Shown here: piece by piece, positions 10,644-22,517 of the stretch
How positions within the stretch are numbered: the first letter of the stretch is position 1
How the letters are laid out: each line of letters starts with the position of its first letter
From: Cyanophyceae cyanobacterium
Lineage (GTDB): Bacteria; Cyanobacteriota; Cyanobacteriia; Cyanobacteriales; Laspinemataceae
DNA length: 64,000 bases
Assembly (NCBI GenBank): GCA_038321985.1
Contig: JBBQFN010000012.1
Coordinates: 1-64,000 of the forward strand
Reading direction: 5' to 3'
The notes under the pieces: generated by a model
Told to the model about the DNA's origin: nothing
The model's input: the letters and a program-made list of their open reading frames with translations, nothing else
Database searches by the model: none
Program-made: the position numbers and the translations under genes

Positions 10644-11231
10644 GGTTTGAAGACCTTGAATTTAAATGGTTGATGTGACCTAAGAATAGAGCTATTGTCA
10701 AAAAAATGTGTATTAGTTTTAACAGTTTAACAAAGTTTATATCAAGGTTGGAAATAGGGGGATGATTGGCATTTCTTTAAACTTGCTCCGCTTGCTAGAT
10801 TATAAAATTGTCTAAACTTTCCATAATAGCAAAAAGTTATTTTGTATGTAATAGATCTAATTAATGGGGTTAGCTCCCCCACAAAAATAACAGATGAGCT
10901 AATGTGGATTCATAGATGCTAGATGAGGGAGTCATAAAAATATCGAGAGAGTGAAATGAGTTGCCAAACAGCAATCCACCTTAACAATATTATGAGAATG
11001 ACAGTGAGTCATTTGTTAGAGGATTTTAGGTCTGTTTTAGGAAAATTTCCTCTTTGCCTGATTGATCTAACGGTTGTGGAGGCTAAAGTAAGCAACAGAA
11101 GGTAGAAATTTCAACCTACACCCTGGATTTTGACTTGAATCTTGAGCGGTTCAATCGATTGTTTTTATTTCCCAATTTCAGGGAAAATCGTCCATCATGG
11201 AAATCTGACGACTTTGGGAATCCCTATAACC

Positions 11232-12779
11232 ATGACGCCTTTAACTAAAGAAGAACCCGCACTCCAACCCTTGGATGAGTACAATCAATCCCTAATGTCT
11301 CATGTTCACCCTATCGATTGGGTCAATCCTTCCCCTGCTACCAGTTATGATTTAGTGGTGATTGGCGCAGGAACTGCTGGACTGGTGGTAGCAGCAGGTG
11401 CAGCGGGGTTAGGATTGGGATTAAAAGTTGCCTTAATCGAAAAAAGCCTAATGGGGGGAGATTGCCTGAATGTGGGGTGCGTCCCTTCCAAATGTCTGAT
11501 TCGCTCATCCCGGGTGGTGGCGCATATGCGAGAGGCGACTGCCTTCGGGATTCAGTCTCCAGATGCTATTGAGATTGATTTTGCGGCGGTGATGCAGCGA
11601 ATGCGGCGAATTCGGGCGGGAATTAGTCATCATGATTCTGCAGAACGGTTTCGGAATTTGGGCATTGATGTGTTTTTAGGACCGGCTGAATTTGTAGATA
11701 GTGGGGCGATCGCTGTTAACACTCACCTCCTTCGCTTTAAAAAAGCAGTAATCGCTACGGGTGCGCGTGCCACTCGTCCTCAAATTCCTGGATTAGCAGA
11801 AGCCGGTTATTTAAGCAATGAAACCGTCTTTTCCCTCACCGAATGTCCCCCCCGATTAGCGGTGATTGGAGGAGGTCCTATTGGTTGTGAACTCGCCCAA
11901 GCATTTCAACGCCTCGGCAGTCAAGTTACTTTATTTCATAAACATGGACATTTGCTCGATCGCGAAGATGCTGATGCGGCAGAAATAGTCCAACAACAAT
12001 TATTACAGGACCATCTAAATTTAGTTCTGGATTGCACTTTATTGAAGGTGGAAACCACCGATGCCGGTAAAGTCATCCATTACCGTCAAAATGATGTCAT
12101 CAGCACCGTAATTGTCGATGAAATATTAGTTGGGGCTGGACGGACTCCCAATGTTGATGGCTTAAATTTAGAAGCCGTTGGGGTTAACTATGATGCCCAT
12201 CAGGGTGTGGTTGTCGATGATTATTTGCAAACCACCAATCCGCGCATTTATGCCGCTGGTGACATTTGCATGAACTGGAAATTTACCCATGCAGCAGATG
12301 CCGCTGCCCGAATTGTCATTAAAAATACCTTGTTTTCTCCCTTTGGGTTAGGACGGAGCAAACTGAGTAATTTAGTAATGCCTTGGGTCACTTATACTGA
12401 TCCAGAGATTGCTCATGTGGGATTGTATGAGCGGGAGGCACAAGAGAAAGGTTTAGAAACCAATACGATTACGATTCCCTTTTCAACTGTCGATCGCGCT
12501 TTGGCAGATGGGGAAACGGAAGGGTTTGTCAAAATCCTGCATAAACGGGGTTCTGACCAGATTTTAGGGGCAACCATTGTGGCGCGTCATGCTGGGGATA
12601 TGATTAGTGAGATTACCTTGGCGATCGCCACTAAACAAGGACTCAGCGCTCTATCAGGGGTAATTCATCCCTATCCGACTCAGACAGAAGCGATTAAAAA
12701 AGCTGCCGATGCCTATCGGCGCACCTTACTCACCCCCCGCACTCAATTCTTGCTCAAGCTGTTAAGCAAATTCAGCTAA
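11232..12779 (+). CDS. Pyridine nucleotide-disulfide oxidoreductase (MerA/Lpd-like, no C-terminal Cys-Cys)
   Basis: GAGTAG FAD motif, GGDCLNVGCVPSK redox disulfide, GGGPIGCE, HPYPT; ATG at 11232 preferred to TTG at 11142. Confidence 0.88.
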   Translation: MTPLTKEEPALQPLDEYNQSLMSHVHPIDWVNPSPATSYDLVVIGAGTAGLVVAAGAAGLGLGLKVALIEKSLMGGDCLNVGCVPSKCLIRSSRVVAHMREATAFGIQSPDAIEIDFAAVMQRMRRIRAGISHHDSAERFRNLGIDVFLGPAEFVDSGAIAVNTHLLRFKKAVIATGARATRPQIPGLAEAGYLSNETVFSLTECPPRLAVIGGGPIGCELAQAFQRLGSQVTLFHKHGHLLDREDADAAEIVQQQLLQDHLNLVLDCTLLKVETTDAGKVIHYRQNDVISTVIVDEILVGAGRTPNVDGLNLEAVGVNYDAHQGVVVDDYLQTTNPRIYAAGDICMNWKFTHAADAAARIVIKNTLFSPFGLGRSKLSNLVMPWVTYTDPEIAHVGLYEREAQEKGLETNTITIPFSTVDRALADGETEGFVKILHKRGSDQILGATIVARHAGDMISEITLAIATKQGLSALSGVIHPYPTQTEAIKKAADAYRRTLLTPRTQFLLKLLSKFS

Positions 12780-12847
12780 ACTATCAGGATTACCTGTTAA
12801 TTTTTTGTTCCTTCCCTAGACTTTCATTTTTTACCCCGAACGAAGTT

Positions 12848-13819
12848 ATGAGCTATTTAGAAACAACTGCGCAATTCTACGCTGAAGCGGCGGAAACTCC
12901 TCAAGTTGGGCTGTGCTGTGTGAGCACTCCACCCCTGAAATTGCCCGGATTAAAAGTTCCTGAAATCATGAAGCAGATGAACTATGGCTGTGGCTCAACC
13001 GTTCATCCTACGGAGTTATTTGGAGAACCTACCGTACTCTATATCGGGGTGGGAGGCGGAATCGAAGCCCTTGAGTTTGCTTATTTTTGCCGTCAACCGG
13101 GAAGGGTGATAGCGGTAGATCCAGTAGCGGAAATGCGACAAGCTGCTACCCGAAATTTACACCGGGCTGCGGAGGAAAATGAGTGGTTTCATCCTGATTT
13201 CGTGCAAATTTTGGCCGGAGATGCGTTTGCCTTGCCGATGCCGGATGCTTCCGTCGATGTGGTAGCACAAAATTGTCTATTTAATATCTTTGAGCCAGGG
13301 GATTTGCAATTGGCTTTATCGGAAGCCTATCGAGTTTTAAAACCCGGGGGACGATTGATTATGAGCGACCCGATCGCCACGAGCCCGATTCCCTCTCATC
13401 TCCAACAAGATGAACGATTACGCGCCCTCTGCTTATCCGGTGCACTCCCTTACGAACAGTACATTCAGCACTTGATTGGAGTCGGGTTTGGTCAGATTGA
13501 AATTCGCGCCCGTCGTCCCTACCGGCTGTTAGATACCCGAAATTACAACCTAGATCAACCTCTATTATTAGAAAGTTTAGATTCCGTATCGTTCAAGGTC
13601 CCGATTCCGGAAGATGGGGCTTATGTATTTACCGGAAAAACTGCCATTTATGCCGGAGAGGATGCCTTTTTAGATGATGGGGGCGGACAGCTGCTACAGC
13701 GGGGAATTCCGGTAGCAGTTTGTGATAAGACTGCGGCCAATTTAGCCCAGAAATTACCCCCGGATCAAATGATAATTACGGACTCTACCTGGCATTACAC
13801 CGGCGGCGGATGCTGCTAA
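12848..13819 (+). CDS. arsM: Arsenite S-adenosylmethionine methyltransferase (arsenosugar-cluster type)
   Basis: GLCC, NYGCG, YIGVGGG SAM motif, QNCLFN, LCLSGAL, terminal GGGCC. Confidence 0.88.
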   Translation: MSYLETTAQFYAEAAETPQVGLCCVSTPPLKLPGLKVPEIMKQMNYGCGSTVHPTELFGEPTVLYIGVGGGIEALEFAYFCRQPGRVIAVDPVAEMRQAATRNLHRAAEENEWFHPDFVQILAGDAFALPMPDASVDVVAQNCLFNIFEPGDLQLALSEAYRVLKPGGRLIMSDPIATSPIPSHLQQDERLRALCLSGALPYEQYIQHLIGVGFGQIEIRARRPYRLLDTRNYNLDQPLLLESLDSVSFKVPIPEDGAYVFTGKTAIYAGEDAFLDDGGGQLLQRGIPVAVCDKTAANLAQKLPPDQMIITDSTWHYTGGGCC

Positions 13820-13998
13820 AAAGGGTGATAATCTGCCCCCATTGAAAGGTACTCAATAGCAAGTGTAAGGGGAGGGGTTCTGAGTGCCGGGGTTATTTTA
13901 AGGAGTCGATTTTGTGAAATTCGTCTGAAGATAGATGACAGCGGAGGTCTCGGGTAGACAAACTGAGAGTAAATTCTGCTATAGAAGGACCGATTTTT

Positions 13999-14238
13999 AT
14001 GGAGCGACCTACAAAATCAACAGAACGAGATCGCCGCGTGGCAGAGGAAGCTATTTCTCACGAAGAAGCAAATTTTCCTGAAACTCCCACGGGGCAAAAG
14101 CTGGTTAAACAAACGAAGATAATGGCTGGATTTTTCCTATTAATTGTGGGGGTACTTTTCGGGTTATTGGTAGCTTCTTTTTCTTCGGTAGAGGAACCTA
14201 CCGCTAACCCCAATAACTCCAATCAATTGAATCAATAA
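13999..14238 (+). CDS. Small hypothetical single-pass membrane protein
   Basis: 79-aa ORF with an AAGGA RBS-like site and one hydrophobic helix. Confidence 0.55.
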   Translation: MERPTKSTERDRRVAEEAISHEEANFPETPTGQKLVKQTKIMAGFFLLIVGVLFGLLVASFSSVEEPTANPNNSNQLNQ

Positions 14239-14445
14239 GAACAGTTAAAATTGTTCTATTCAAACCCAATCAAATCCCAGCTTCAAGGGCGATCGCCGCT
14301 ACTAAGGAGGCAAGGTTGCGGATGGATTCGCGATCGCCTACGCCAGGAGATCTATTTTTTTGAGTCTCTTAACATTAATCATGAGCAAATCCGGGGGGTT
14401 CCGTCTTTGAAGGAACCCCCACGACCGAAACTCAACCGGCGATCG

Positions 14446-17400
14446 TCACGCCATCATAGCAATGCCATCTTGAGCGATCGCCTCCTCCACCCATAACTGG
14501 GCGTAGCCCGAGGTATAAACATTGTAAGTATCGTTGCCGATCACCTGAGTATCCCCAGCAACCCAATTGCCCGATGCAGTCACAGCGTTGGTCTGTTCCC
14601 CTTTCACAATCACGCGATTGCGGCGGTCCGAAAGGTGGAGAACATGAAGCTGATCCAGGGTCAAGCTATTATTGCCACCATTGAGATCAATCGTCTCAAT
14701 GTCGTGAATCCGATTATTGGCAATCGTCCTCAAATCGAAAGCGAAATTATCCCCATCCAGACGGAGAGTATCTTCTCCACTGCCACCCTCCAGGCGACGG
14801 AAGTCACTGTCAGAAATCGCGATTAGATGGTTTCCCGAACCGCCATAGATGACGTCAGGACCTCCCGCACCAATGAGGGTATCGTCCCCTTGTGCGCCGA
14901 CAATCACATCGGCCCCAGCCGTTCCAGTCAGAAAATCGTTACCGACTCCGCCATGGTGGGTGACATCACCTGTGAAATCGCCACCATACATGACATAGGT
15001 TTCCCCAGCATTCTCCCGGGTACCGTTGGGACCATCACCTTCGGGCGCACCGACCAGGACATCATCGAACCCATCACCATTGACATCGCCAGCACTGACC
15101 GATCGCCCAGTTCGATTGTTAGCCTCAATTCCGTAGAGGGTAAACCCATTGGTGCCATCAATCTGCTCGAAATTTAGGGATGGGCTAAAGGTAGTTCCTC
15201 CAAAGAGAACGTAACTTTGTCCAGCTTCCTCTTCACCCTCCAAACCCGGTGCTAGGGAAGCGTTAATAATCAGGTCATCATAGCCATCGCCGTTGATATC
15301 TCCTGCATTAGAGACGGACCTGCCGCTCAAGTCACCAGCGTTGATACCGGAGATGGTAAACCCATTGGTTCCATTCAGATTGCCCAGCTCAAGGGTAGCC
15401 GGTAAGTTAGTAGAACCAAAAATCACATAACTCTCCCCAGCTTCATTATTGGCTCCTTGCGCGCCAATAATCATGTCATCCAAGCCATCGCCGTTGATAT
15501 CGCCTGCGTTGCTCAATGCTCGGCCACTCAAGTCACCAGCATTGATACCTAAAATGCGGATACCATTAGTGCCGTCTATTTCCGCCAGGTCAACTGTGGC
15601 GTTAAAGGTGGGACCCCCGTAGACTAGATAGGTTTCGCCTGCGGCTTCCTCGTCATCGTCATCAGCTTGGGGAGCGCCAATCAGCAAGTCGTTATAACCA
15701 TCGCCGTTGAGATCTCCCGCACTCCGGGGCGATCGACCACTACGATCACCGGCCTTACTGCCGAAAACCGTAAACCCATTCGTCCCGTCGAGCTCCAAGT
15801 TGGCAAGGTCCATCTCGGCGTCAAAGGTAAAGTCAGATCCACCAAAGATGACATAAGTTTCTCCCGCCTCCGGCCTTTCATTATTAGGCCCATCAGCACT
15901 GAACGCGCCAATCAGCAGGTCATCGACGCCATCACCATTAATATCACCGGCGTGGACATCTCGGCCACTCTGGTCTCCTGCTTCGCGGCCAAAAATAGTA
16001 AAGCCATTGTTCCCGTCCAGGGTAGCGAGGTTGATGGGGGCATCAAACTGATTACCGCCAAAGATGATATAAGTTTCTCCCGTGTCTGGCCTGTCATTAT
16101 TAGGCCCATCGGCAAAGCGCGAGGCTACCATAATGTCGTCAAAGCCATCGCCGTTGAGATCCCCGGCATTGCTGAGAGCTCGTCCGATAAAGTCACCTTC
16201 GTCAACGCCGTAGATTGCAAAGCCGTTGCTTCCGTCCAGGTCCCGTAAGTCTATTTGCGGACCGATGTCGGGACCACCGAAGATCACATACCCTCGACCC
16301 GCGCCGCTTGCTGTGCCATCAGGGCGATCGCCAAAGCGCGTGCCAATTAAGATGTCATTGAACCCATCGCTGTTGATATCCCCCGCAGAAGAGATATTTC
16401 TCCCGCTCAAATCCTCTTCGTTCTCACCGTAGATGACTAATCCCCCGTAGCCTAAACTCATGTTGCTTAAGCTAATATCTGGGGCAGGAAGGGGCGAAAT
16501 TGCCTGGGCTAATGCTACCTGCCCGTCTGGTTCCCCTTGGTCAAATGCGGTGACCCGGGCACGATTGGGAATCGTTCCCCAGCGTGAGAGGATACCCGAG
16601 ATAGTCAGGGTCGTGGTTTCTCCTCCTTCTAAACGGGGAATGGTCCACTCATCGGCAGCGGGGTCATAATTGTTCCCTTCCGTAGGCGTGAAGGTAATGT
16701 CACGCAGCCAATTGGGTAACGATTCAGTCACCGTGATGCCCGTGGCTGGCATTACCCCTTGATTGGTTAAGGTGACGGTATAGCTGAGTTCTTCTCCAAT
16801 CGTTGCCTCTGCATCGCTGACGGTTTTGGTTACTTCCAAAGCAGCAGCAGCGGGAAACTCGACCGTTGCGATCGCCGGCGGACTTTGATTAACCCCATCA
16901 CTCACTAGGATTTCGATCGCCCGAGGGCTCAGGTCAGGGTTGAGGGAGGTATTGTTGTACCTTACCCGTTGCAGCACTCGTTCGTAATTTTCCACTTCGT
17001 CAGTGCCAGTCAGACGGAGCTCCCCGTTCTCAAAAGTGGCGGTGATATTTGTCCCTTCCGTATCGACGCTGAGTTCTTCGGCATCCCCGTCAATGGGGTT
17101 AGTCAGCCGAATAGTGGCCTCAGTGAGAGTGTTATTTTCTGAGTCAGGGTCAGTCACCAAAGCATTTGCGGCGATCGGCACCCCTGCCACTTCCGGATCG
17201 AAGGTTACGCTCGTATCCACCCCAGGGGCGTCGCGATCGAGGTTGACCTCCGGCGGAATATTCTCCACAGGCGAGACACTCAGGTTGACCGTCCCATCTG
17301 CCAGGGAATACTCGGTTCCATCGAACCCATTCCAGGTAAAGGAAGCATCACCGGGAGCATCAGGATTCGGCGTAAAGGTGAGATTACCTATCTCTTCGGC

Positions 17401-19749
17401 CTGGATTTCTTGACCCTCTTCTACAGCAGCCCCATTCAAATTTAGGGTGCCATTTTCTGGCAGTGAGATAATTTGAATGCCTTCGAGGTTGTCTCCATCC
17501 GGGTCACTAAAGGCGTTGATGAAGTCATTGGGATCAAAAGTGTATGCGGTACCTTCCGGTGAGGTAATGGCGACATCACTCAGACTGGGTGGTTCATTCG
17601 CGCCATCATTGATGCCATCGTTGACAGCCAGTTCAAAGCTATCGCTGACGGTACCCCCTTGACCATCATCCGCAGTTACCTCAATTTCCAGGTTGCCAAT
17701 ATCTTCATTATCGGGCGTCCCACTCAATGTACCCGTTACTGGATCAAAGCTCAGCCATTCGGGTAAAGGACTCCCGTCTGCCAAGGTGGCGGAGAAGGTT
17801 AACGAGTCCCCATCCGGATCTCTAAAGGTATCCGTAGGCACCGCAAAGCTAAATTCTTCTCCCGGTGTGGCATTTTGGTCCCCTAATGGATTCCCCACCG
17901 TCGGCGGCTCATTCGCGCCATCATTGATGCCATCGTTGACAGCCAGTTCAAAGCTATCGCTGACGGTACCCCCTTGACTATCGTCCGCAGTTACCTCAAT
18001 TTCCAGGTTGCCAATATCTTCATTATCTGGCGTCCCACTCAATGTACCCGTTGCTGGATTAAAGCTCAGCCATTCGGGTAAAGGACTCCCGCCTGCCAAG
18101 GTGGCAGAGAAGGTTAACGGGTCCCCATCCGGATCGCTAAAGGTATCCGTAGGCACCGCAAAACTAAATTCTTCTCCCGGTGTGGCATTTTGGTCCCCTA
18201 GGGGATTCCCCACCGTGGGCGAAAGGTTAGATTGGGGTTCCGGTTCCGGTTCGGGTTGAACAACCACAGGTGGTGATACCAAGGGAGGCGTTGGCTCAAC
18301 GATAACCATGGGCGGTTCCCCTGTGGGTGTGGGATTCTGTGGTACTGGCCCAAGGATAATCCCAGGCTGTCCGGTTGCCACTTGGTTTTGCATTGCCTGG
18401 GGGAGGGGCCCAAAGATCACCGAGGGCGGTCCCTCTTCTCCTGATACTTCCGTTGCCATGTCTTCCGGTCGTAAATCTCCCATACCCAGGGTTTCTACCG
18501 GGGGAACATCATCCTGATCACACTCACAGTTGAGGTCCAGATCCATCGTAAAACGATCGGGAGTTAGGGTGGTGGCGTCGGTGTTATGAACGATCGCTAA
18601 AAAGTCGCCAGTCGTCCGATCTTGGACGATCGCATGGGCGGCATATTCTCCTTCCCCTTGGAAAATTTCTAAGTTGTCTAAGGTTTGACCTGGGTCTAAT
18701 CCAATTAAGTCATACCCATTCCCAAAATCAAGAATATGGTCTGCCTCAGCCAGAGTAGGACTGCCGCTACTCACCCCGATCACAAAAACATCGGCACCGT
18801 CTCCCCCAATTAGGTTATCCGACCCCTTGTCCCCATAGAGAAGATCATTGCATTCTTCTCCATAAATCAAGTCATTCCCTTGACCCCCGCGAATGATATT
18901 ACAACCGTTTCCGCCCAGGATAGTATCATCGCCTTCATTGCCGTGAAGATAGTCATTTCCCTCACCGCCTACGATGAAATCGTCACCCTCCGGATCCCCC
19001 ACTTCGATCATGCCGGTGCCGCCGAAGATGGTGTCGTCGCCTTTGTCTCCAAAGAGGATGTCAGAACCGACGTTGCCCAACATCAGATCCTCACCTTGAC
19101 CCCCGTAAATCACATCTACCCCGATGCCGCCGAAGATGGTGTCATCGCCGACATTACCTTGCATCAAGTTCACGCCGCTGTGACCCAAGAGCAGATCGTT
19201 GCCATCCAGTAGGACGCGGACTGGATCCGCAGGACCGCCGTAGATGGTATCGTTGCCCAGGTCCCCATGAACTGTATCGTTGCCCAGGTCCCCATGTAGC
19301 CAATCATCATCTTTGCCACCGTGGAGTAAATCATCAGCTTGTCCCCCGTAAACGGTATCGTTTCCTTCATTGCCGTTCAGGTAGTCGTTTCCGGTGTTAC
19401 CAAAAATCAAGTCTTGATCGACTAACGGTCCAACTGGCAGGGGACTACCGAGACCGCCAAACACGTTGTCGTTGCCTTTATCCCCCCACATCGTGTCGTT
19501 ACCTTTGTCGCCATACACCCAGTCGTCATCTTGACCGCCATGGGCGATGTCATCTCCTTGACCGCCATGCACGATATCATTTCCGATATTGCCGTTTACG
19601 GTATCGTTGCCTTGGTTGCCATTGATAAAGTCGTCACTTTCTAGACCGATGGTATAGTCATGTCCTCCCAGGGAAAGAATGGAATCCTCTTGTTCGGAAC
19701 CTATAATTAGTTCACCGTATTCAGGACCAGCAATAAAATTTGAAGTCAT
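14446..19749 (-). CDS. Large secreted/surface Ca-binding protein: RTX repeats, Pro-rich linker, cadherin/Ig-like repeats, DUF11-like domain, FG-GAP propeller, C-terminal RTX
   Basis: Many GGxGxD nonapeptides; two 105-aa TFSDPDGD...LPEWLSF...LSGTP repeats; LEVTKTVS...YTVTLTNQG; repeated [11 protein letters not shown]...GE(T/S)YV(I/L)FG. Confidence 0.9.
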   Translation of the reverse strand: MTSNFIAGPEYGELIIGSEQEDSILSLGGHDYTIGLESDDFINGNQGNDTVNGNIGNDIVHGGQGDDIAHGGQDDDWVYGDKGNDTMWGDKGNDNVFGGLGSPLPVGPLVDQDLIFGNTGNDYLNGNEGNDTVYGGQADDLLHGGKDDDWLHGDLGNDTVHGDLGNDTIYGGPADPVRVLLDGNDLLLGHSGVNLMQGNVGDDTIFGGIGVDVIYGGQGEDLMLGNVGSDILFGDKGDDTIFGGTGMIEVGDPEGDDFIVGGEGNDYLHGNEGDDTILGGNGCNIIRGGQGNDLIYGEECNDLLYGDKGSDNLIGGDGADVFVIGVSSGSPTLAEADHILDFGNGYDLIGLDPGQTLDNLEIFQGEGEYAAHAIVQDRTTGDFLAIVHNTDATTLTPDRFTMDLDLNCECDQDDVPPVETLGMGDLRPEDMATEVSGEEGPPSVIFGPLPQAMQNQVATGQPGIILGPVPQNPTPTGEPPMVIVEPTPPLVSPPVVVQPEPEPEPQSNLSPTVGNPLGDQNATPGEEFSFAVPTDTFSDPDGDPLTFSATLAGGSPLPEWLSFNPATGTLSGTPDNEDIGNLEIEVTADDSQGGTVSDSFELAVNDGINDGANEPPTVGNPLGDQNATPGEEFSFAVPTDTFRDPDGDSLTFSATLADGSPLPEWLSFDPVTGTLSGTPDNEDIGNLEIEVTADDGQGGTVSDSFELAVNDGINDGANEPPSLSDVAITSPEGTAYTFDPNDFINAFSDPDGDNLEGIQIISLPENGTLNLNGAAVEEGQEIQAEEIGNLTFTPNPDAPGDASFTWNGFDGTEYSLADGTVNLSVSPVENIPPEVNLDRDAPGVDTSVTFDPEVAGVPIAANALVTDPDSENNTLTEATIRLTNPIDGDAEELSVDTEGTNITATFENGELRLTGTDEVENYERVLQRVRYNNTSLNPDLSPRAIEILVSDGVNQSPPAIATVEFPAAAALEVTKTVSDAEATIGEELSYTVTLTNQGVMPATGITVTESLPNWLRDITFTPTEGNNYDPAADEWTIPRLEGGETTTLTISGILSRWGTIPNRARVTAFDQGEPDGQVALAQAISPLPAPDISLSNMSLGYGGLVIYGENEEDLSGRNISSAGDINSDGFNDILIGTRFGDRPDGTASGAGRGYVIFGGPDIGPQIDLRDLDGSNGFAIYGVDEGDFIGRALSNAGDLNGDGFDDIMVASRFADGPNNDRPDTGETYIIFGGNQFDAPINLATLDGNNGFTIFGREAGDQSGRDVHAGDINGDGVDDLLIGAFSADGPNNERPEAGETYVIFGGSDFTFDAEMDLANLELDGTNGFTVFGSKAGDRSGRSPRSAGDLNGDGYNDLLIGAPQADDDDEEAAGETYLVYGGPTFNATVDLAEIDGTNGIRILGINAGDLSGRALSNAGDINGDGLDDMIIGAQGANNEAGESYVIFGSTNLPATLELGNLNGTNGFTISGINAGDLSGRSVSNAGDINGDGYDDLIINASLAPGLEGEEEAGQSYVLFGGTTFSPSLNFEQIDGTNGFTLYGIEANNRTGRSVSAGDVNGDGFDDVLVGAPEGDGPNGTRENAGETYVMYGGDFTGDVTHHGGVGNDFLTGTAGADVIVGAQGDDTLIGAGGPDVIYGGSGNHLIAISDSDFRRLEGGSGEDTLRLDGDNFAFDLRTIANNRIHDIETIDLNGGNNSLTLDQLHVLHLSDRRNRVIVKGEQTNAVTASGNWVAGDTQVIGNDTYNVYTSGYAQLWVEEAIAQDGIAMMA
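17586..18218 (-). repeat. Tandem duplication of a 315-bp cadherin/Ig-like module
   Basis: TCATTCGCGCCATCATTGATGCC at 17594 and 17909 (315-nt period); near-identical DNA. Confidence 0.92.
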
Positions 19750-20226
19750 AATTTTATCTGAATTTTATTCACGACAGCAGGTTATTTTTGAGCGCATTAA
19801 ATCTATAAAAATCTGCCCCAATTAATGGTAAACAGGGAAATTAGGCCAAAGCTACAAAAAAAATTAATATCTTTGAAGACAGCTAAATTTAGATAATTTT
19901 CATTAATCCGCTCTAATATTTTCTTGTCTTAATTTTGTCCTTTAGTAGAGGAAAATGTCGAGGATAAATAAAAATTTCTCTCTGTGGGCATAAATAGGTT
20001 TAACTCCAAATGAAACTTAAGGAATACATTGGCGGAGATTTTTGAACAGATAGGAATTCCTTCTGTCAAATGGAGTATTCCTAAAGAATAGAAGAGCAAT
20101 AAAACGACGTATTCCTAGGGGCAAGTACGGTGATAATTTAAAAATTGGCCGCCGCGCCAATTCGTAAAGAGAGAATTTTAGAAAGGACGCAGCTATTGCG
20201 ATCGCCCCTGATTTTGAAGAGACTGG

Positions 20227-20252
20227 GCTACAATTGCGATCGCAATTGTAGC
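20227..20252. repeat. Perfect 26-bp palindrome centred on HIP1
   Basis: GCTACAATTGCGATCGCAATTGTAGC equals its own reverse complement. Confidence 0.9.
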
Positions 20253-20303
20253 TATTTTTCTTCGGACTTTATAAAATCGGAATACCCAGGATGAGGCGAT
20301 CAA

Positions 20304-20400
20304 AAAATACTTCGCGGCCCTGGTCAGGGGGCCTATTTTTAAAGCGGCTATAGGAAAATGCTTCGCATCCCTTGTCAGGGAGCCTATTTTTAAAGCGGCT
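20304..20400. repeat. Imperfect tandem direct repeat, 51-nt period
   Basis: CTTCGC..CCCT.GTCAGGG.GCCTATTTTTAAAGCGGCT at 20310 and 20361. Confidence 0.85.
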
Positions 20401-21316
20401 GTTTTAGGGTCAGTCTAAATAAGCCGTCAAGTGCGCAAAGGGCTAACCCTAAATGAATTGGACAATTTTTATACAGGAGTGGGAGCATCTTGTTCCCTTG
20501 TAGCAGTAAAGAACAGGATCTCCAACGGATTCCGGTACTGGCATCGGAGGCTTGATATTTCAGCAGATGTATGCTATTTAAAAACACAGACAGAGTTCAA
20601 GGATCCGATTTGGAAAGAAAGAACTCAGGGTCATTCCCTAGAATTTCAGGTAAATCAAGGGACAATGCCTGCTCAAATTCAAGGACCCAAATCGGTCGAT
20701 TTAATTGATTAATAGGAACGCTCAGGTATTCCCTTCGGCCTCAATTCTTGAAAATCGGCCTTGATTTTATAAAAAAAAATGGTAGAATTAATAGATTTTT
20801 TAAGTAAAGAAAAATTTTCAAGGATGAAGTAGAACTATCTACCCGAAGGAGTCAGCTATGAATTGATAATATCAAAACCCGCGATTAAACTCCGAGGAAA
20901 ACTGATTTCTGAAGCCCCAACGGTCGAAAAGAAGAAACGAGGGGGAACGGTTTGAAGCTCAGGGAAAAATCCTCCGGCTTGGTTGTTGACGAATTGAGAG
21001 AATGAAGATAATTCCTGATCTAGAGCTAGAGCGAAAAACCAGGGAAGGTCTATCTAAAGACTGATTTAGCGGCGATCGCCTACCCAATATCCCCCAGATG
21101 TTGCTACTTTAACAATAAAGATTAAGCTGCGATGTAAGACGAGCGTAAAGAATCCCATTAAATCCCGAGGATGGCACAAACCCATTACCCGTGCCAATTG
21201 GAAATCTCAAACCGGCATCTAGCCGCTAACTGGAGGACCTAGGGATTCTCGAAACCAAAACATCTTAGTCAAAAAATAAAAAATTGAGCTGATTGCAACG
21301 AAGGGTCATATTTTCT

Positions 21317-22342
21317 ATGGTTAGCCAAACTCCTGAAGCAGATTTTCAAGTTTCCTTGACTAACGCTCAAGCAGTGGTGCATCTACCCCCCCGCTTAAGC
21401 ATAATCGAGGCAGTATCTTTTAAACAAACCTGTCATGAACTGTGTGAAAGTACCCCACTGCCAGAACGTATTATTCTGGATTTTAGCCAGACTACGTTTA
21501 TAGATAGTAGTGGGGTGGGAGCCTTAGTCCGAGTGCTCAAGACCACCCAGACAGCGGAAATTGATTTAATTTTACGCAACGTGCAATCACAAGTGATGTC
21601 GGTCCTGTCTCTAACCGCATTAGACCAAGCGCTGAAGTTTGAGGACAATCCGGAATTGATGACGGGGACAGGGGGCGAAATCGGCTCGAAAGCGAGCTGG
21701 AAAGGGGATAGTATTGGAGAACTGCCTACCACTCATCCGTCCGTACGGTCCCGGGTAAAGCGATTGCTTGATATTGCCGGAGCATTGGTGGGGTTAGGAA
21801 TTACGGGAGTAGTGTTTATTCCCCTGGCGCTCATCATCAAGCGCGATAGTCCCGGACCCATTTTCTTTAGTCAAATCCGGTGTGGTTGGATGGGAAGAAG
21901 ATTTCGGATTTGGAAATTCCGCTCGATGTGCGAAAATGCAGAAGCGCTCAAGTCCCAAGTCCAAAATCAAATAGAAGGCCCTCTGTTTAAAAGTGAAACA
22001 GACTCCCGGGTAACTGGAATCGGGAAGTTTATGCGACGAACGAGCTTAGACGAGCTACCTCAGTTTTGGAATGTCCTGAAAGGAGAGATGAGTTTAGTGG
22101 GAACGCGCCCTCCCCTACCGGATGAAGTCGATCGCTATGAAGTCCCTGAGTGGCAGCGCTTAGATGTCAAACCGGGGATGACGGGAGAATGGCAAGTGAA
22201 CGGGCGATCGCAAATTCGTACCTTTGAGGATGTAATTCGCTTAGATTTGGAATACCAAAAAAAATGGAGCCTGCTGTATGACCTAAAACTGATTTTAAAA
22301 ACGATTGCGGTGGTGTTTAACAAAAATAGTGGTGCATACTAG
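21317..22342 (+). CDS. STAS (anti-sigma-factor antagonist) domain fused to a WcaJ/WbaP-type priming sugar (phosphoglycosyl) transferase
   Basis: N-terminal LDFSQTTFIDSSGVGAL; C-terminal KRLLDI, KFRSM, SLDELPQFWNVLKGEMSLVGTRP, KPGMTGEWQV. Confidence 0.9.
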   Translation: MVSQTPEADFQVSLTNAQAVVHLPPRLSIIEAVSFKQTCHELCESTPLPERIILDFSQTTFIDSSGVGALVRVLKTTQTAEIDLILRNVQSQVMSVLSLTALDQALKFEDNPELMTGTGGEIGSKASWKGDSIGELPTTHPSVRSRVKRLLDIAGALVGLGITGVVFIPLALIIKRDSPGPIFFSQIRCGWMGRRFRIWKFRSMCENAEALKSQVQNQIEGPLFKSETDSRVTGIGKFMRRTSLDELPQFWNVLKGEMSLVGTRPPLPDEVDRYEVPEWQRLDVKPGMTGEWQVNGRSQIRTFEDVIRLDLEYQKKWSLLYDLKLILKTIAVVFNKNSGAY

Positions 22343-22517
22343 GTCCTTAAAGGGAGTAGTAGGATGAAGGTAGAAGAAATCATTTTGACGTCTGGGCCTT
22401 CTACTTTCATCCTGGTAATTCTGGCCGTTACCAGAACCGATAAACCTTTGATCCCACTTTCACCTCCTTCAGATGGAAGCCACGGCCCAGACGTAAACAT
22501 TCTTCATCATATAGAAG

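Noticed and set aside
11232..12779. merA mercuric reductase call
   Set aside because: No C-terminal Cys-Cys, no metal-binding N-terminal domain and no mer genes nearby.
14635..19370. Many antisense and alternate-frame ORFs over the giant surface protein
   Set aside because: Shadow ORFs produced by repetitive Gly/Asp-rich codon usage; no recognisable motifs.
20304..20400. Possible mini-CRISPR
   Set aside because: Two imperfect copies in near-direct tandem with no spacer-sized gap.
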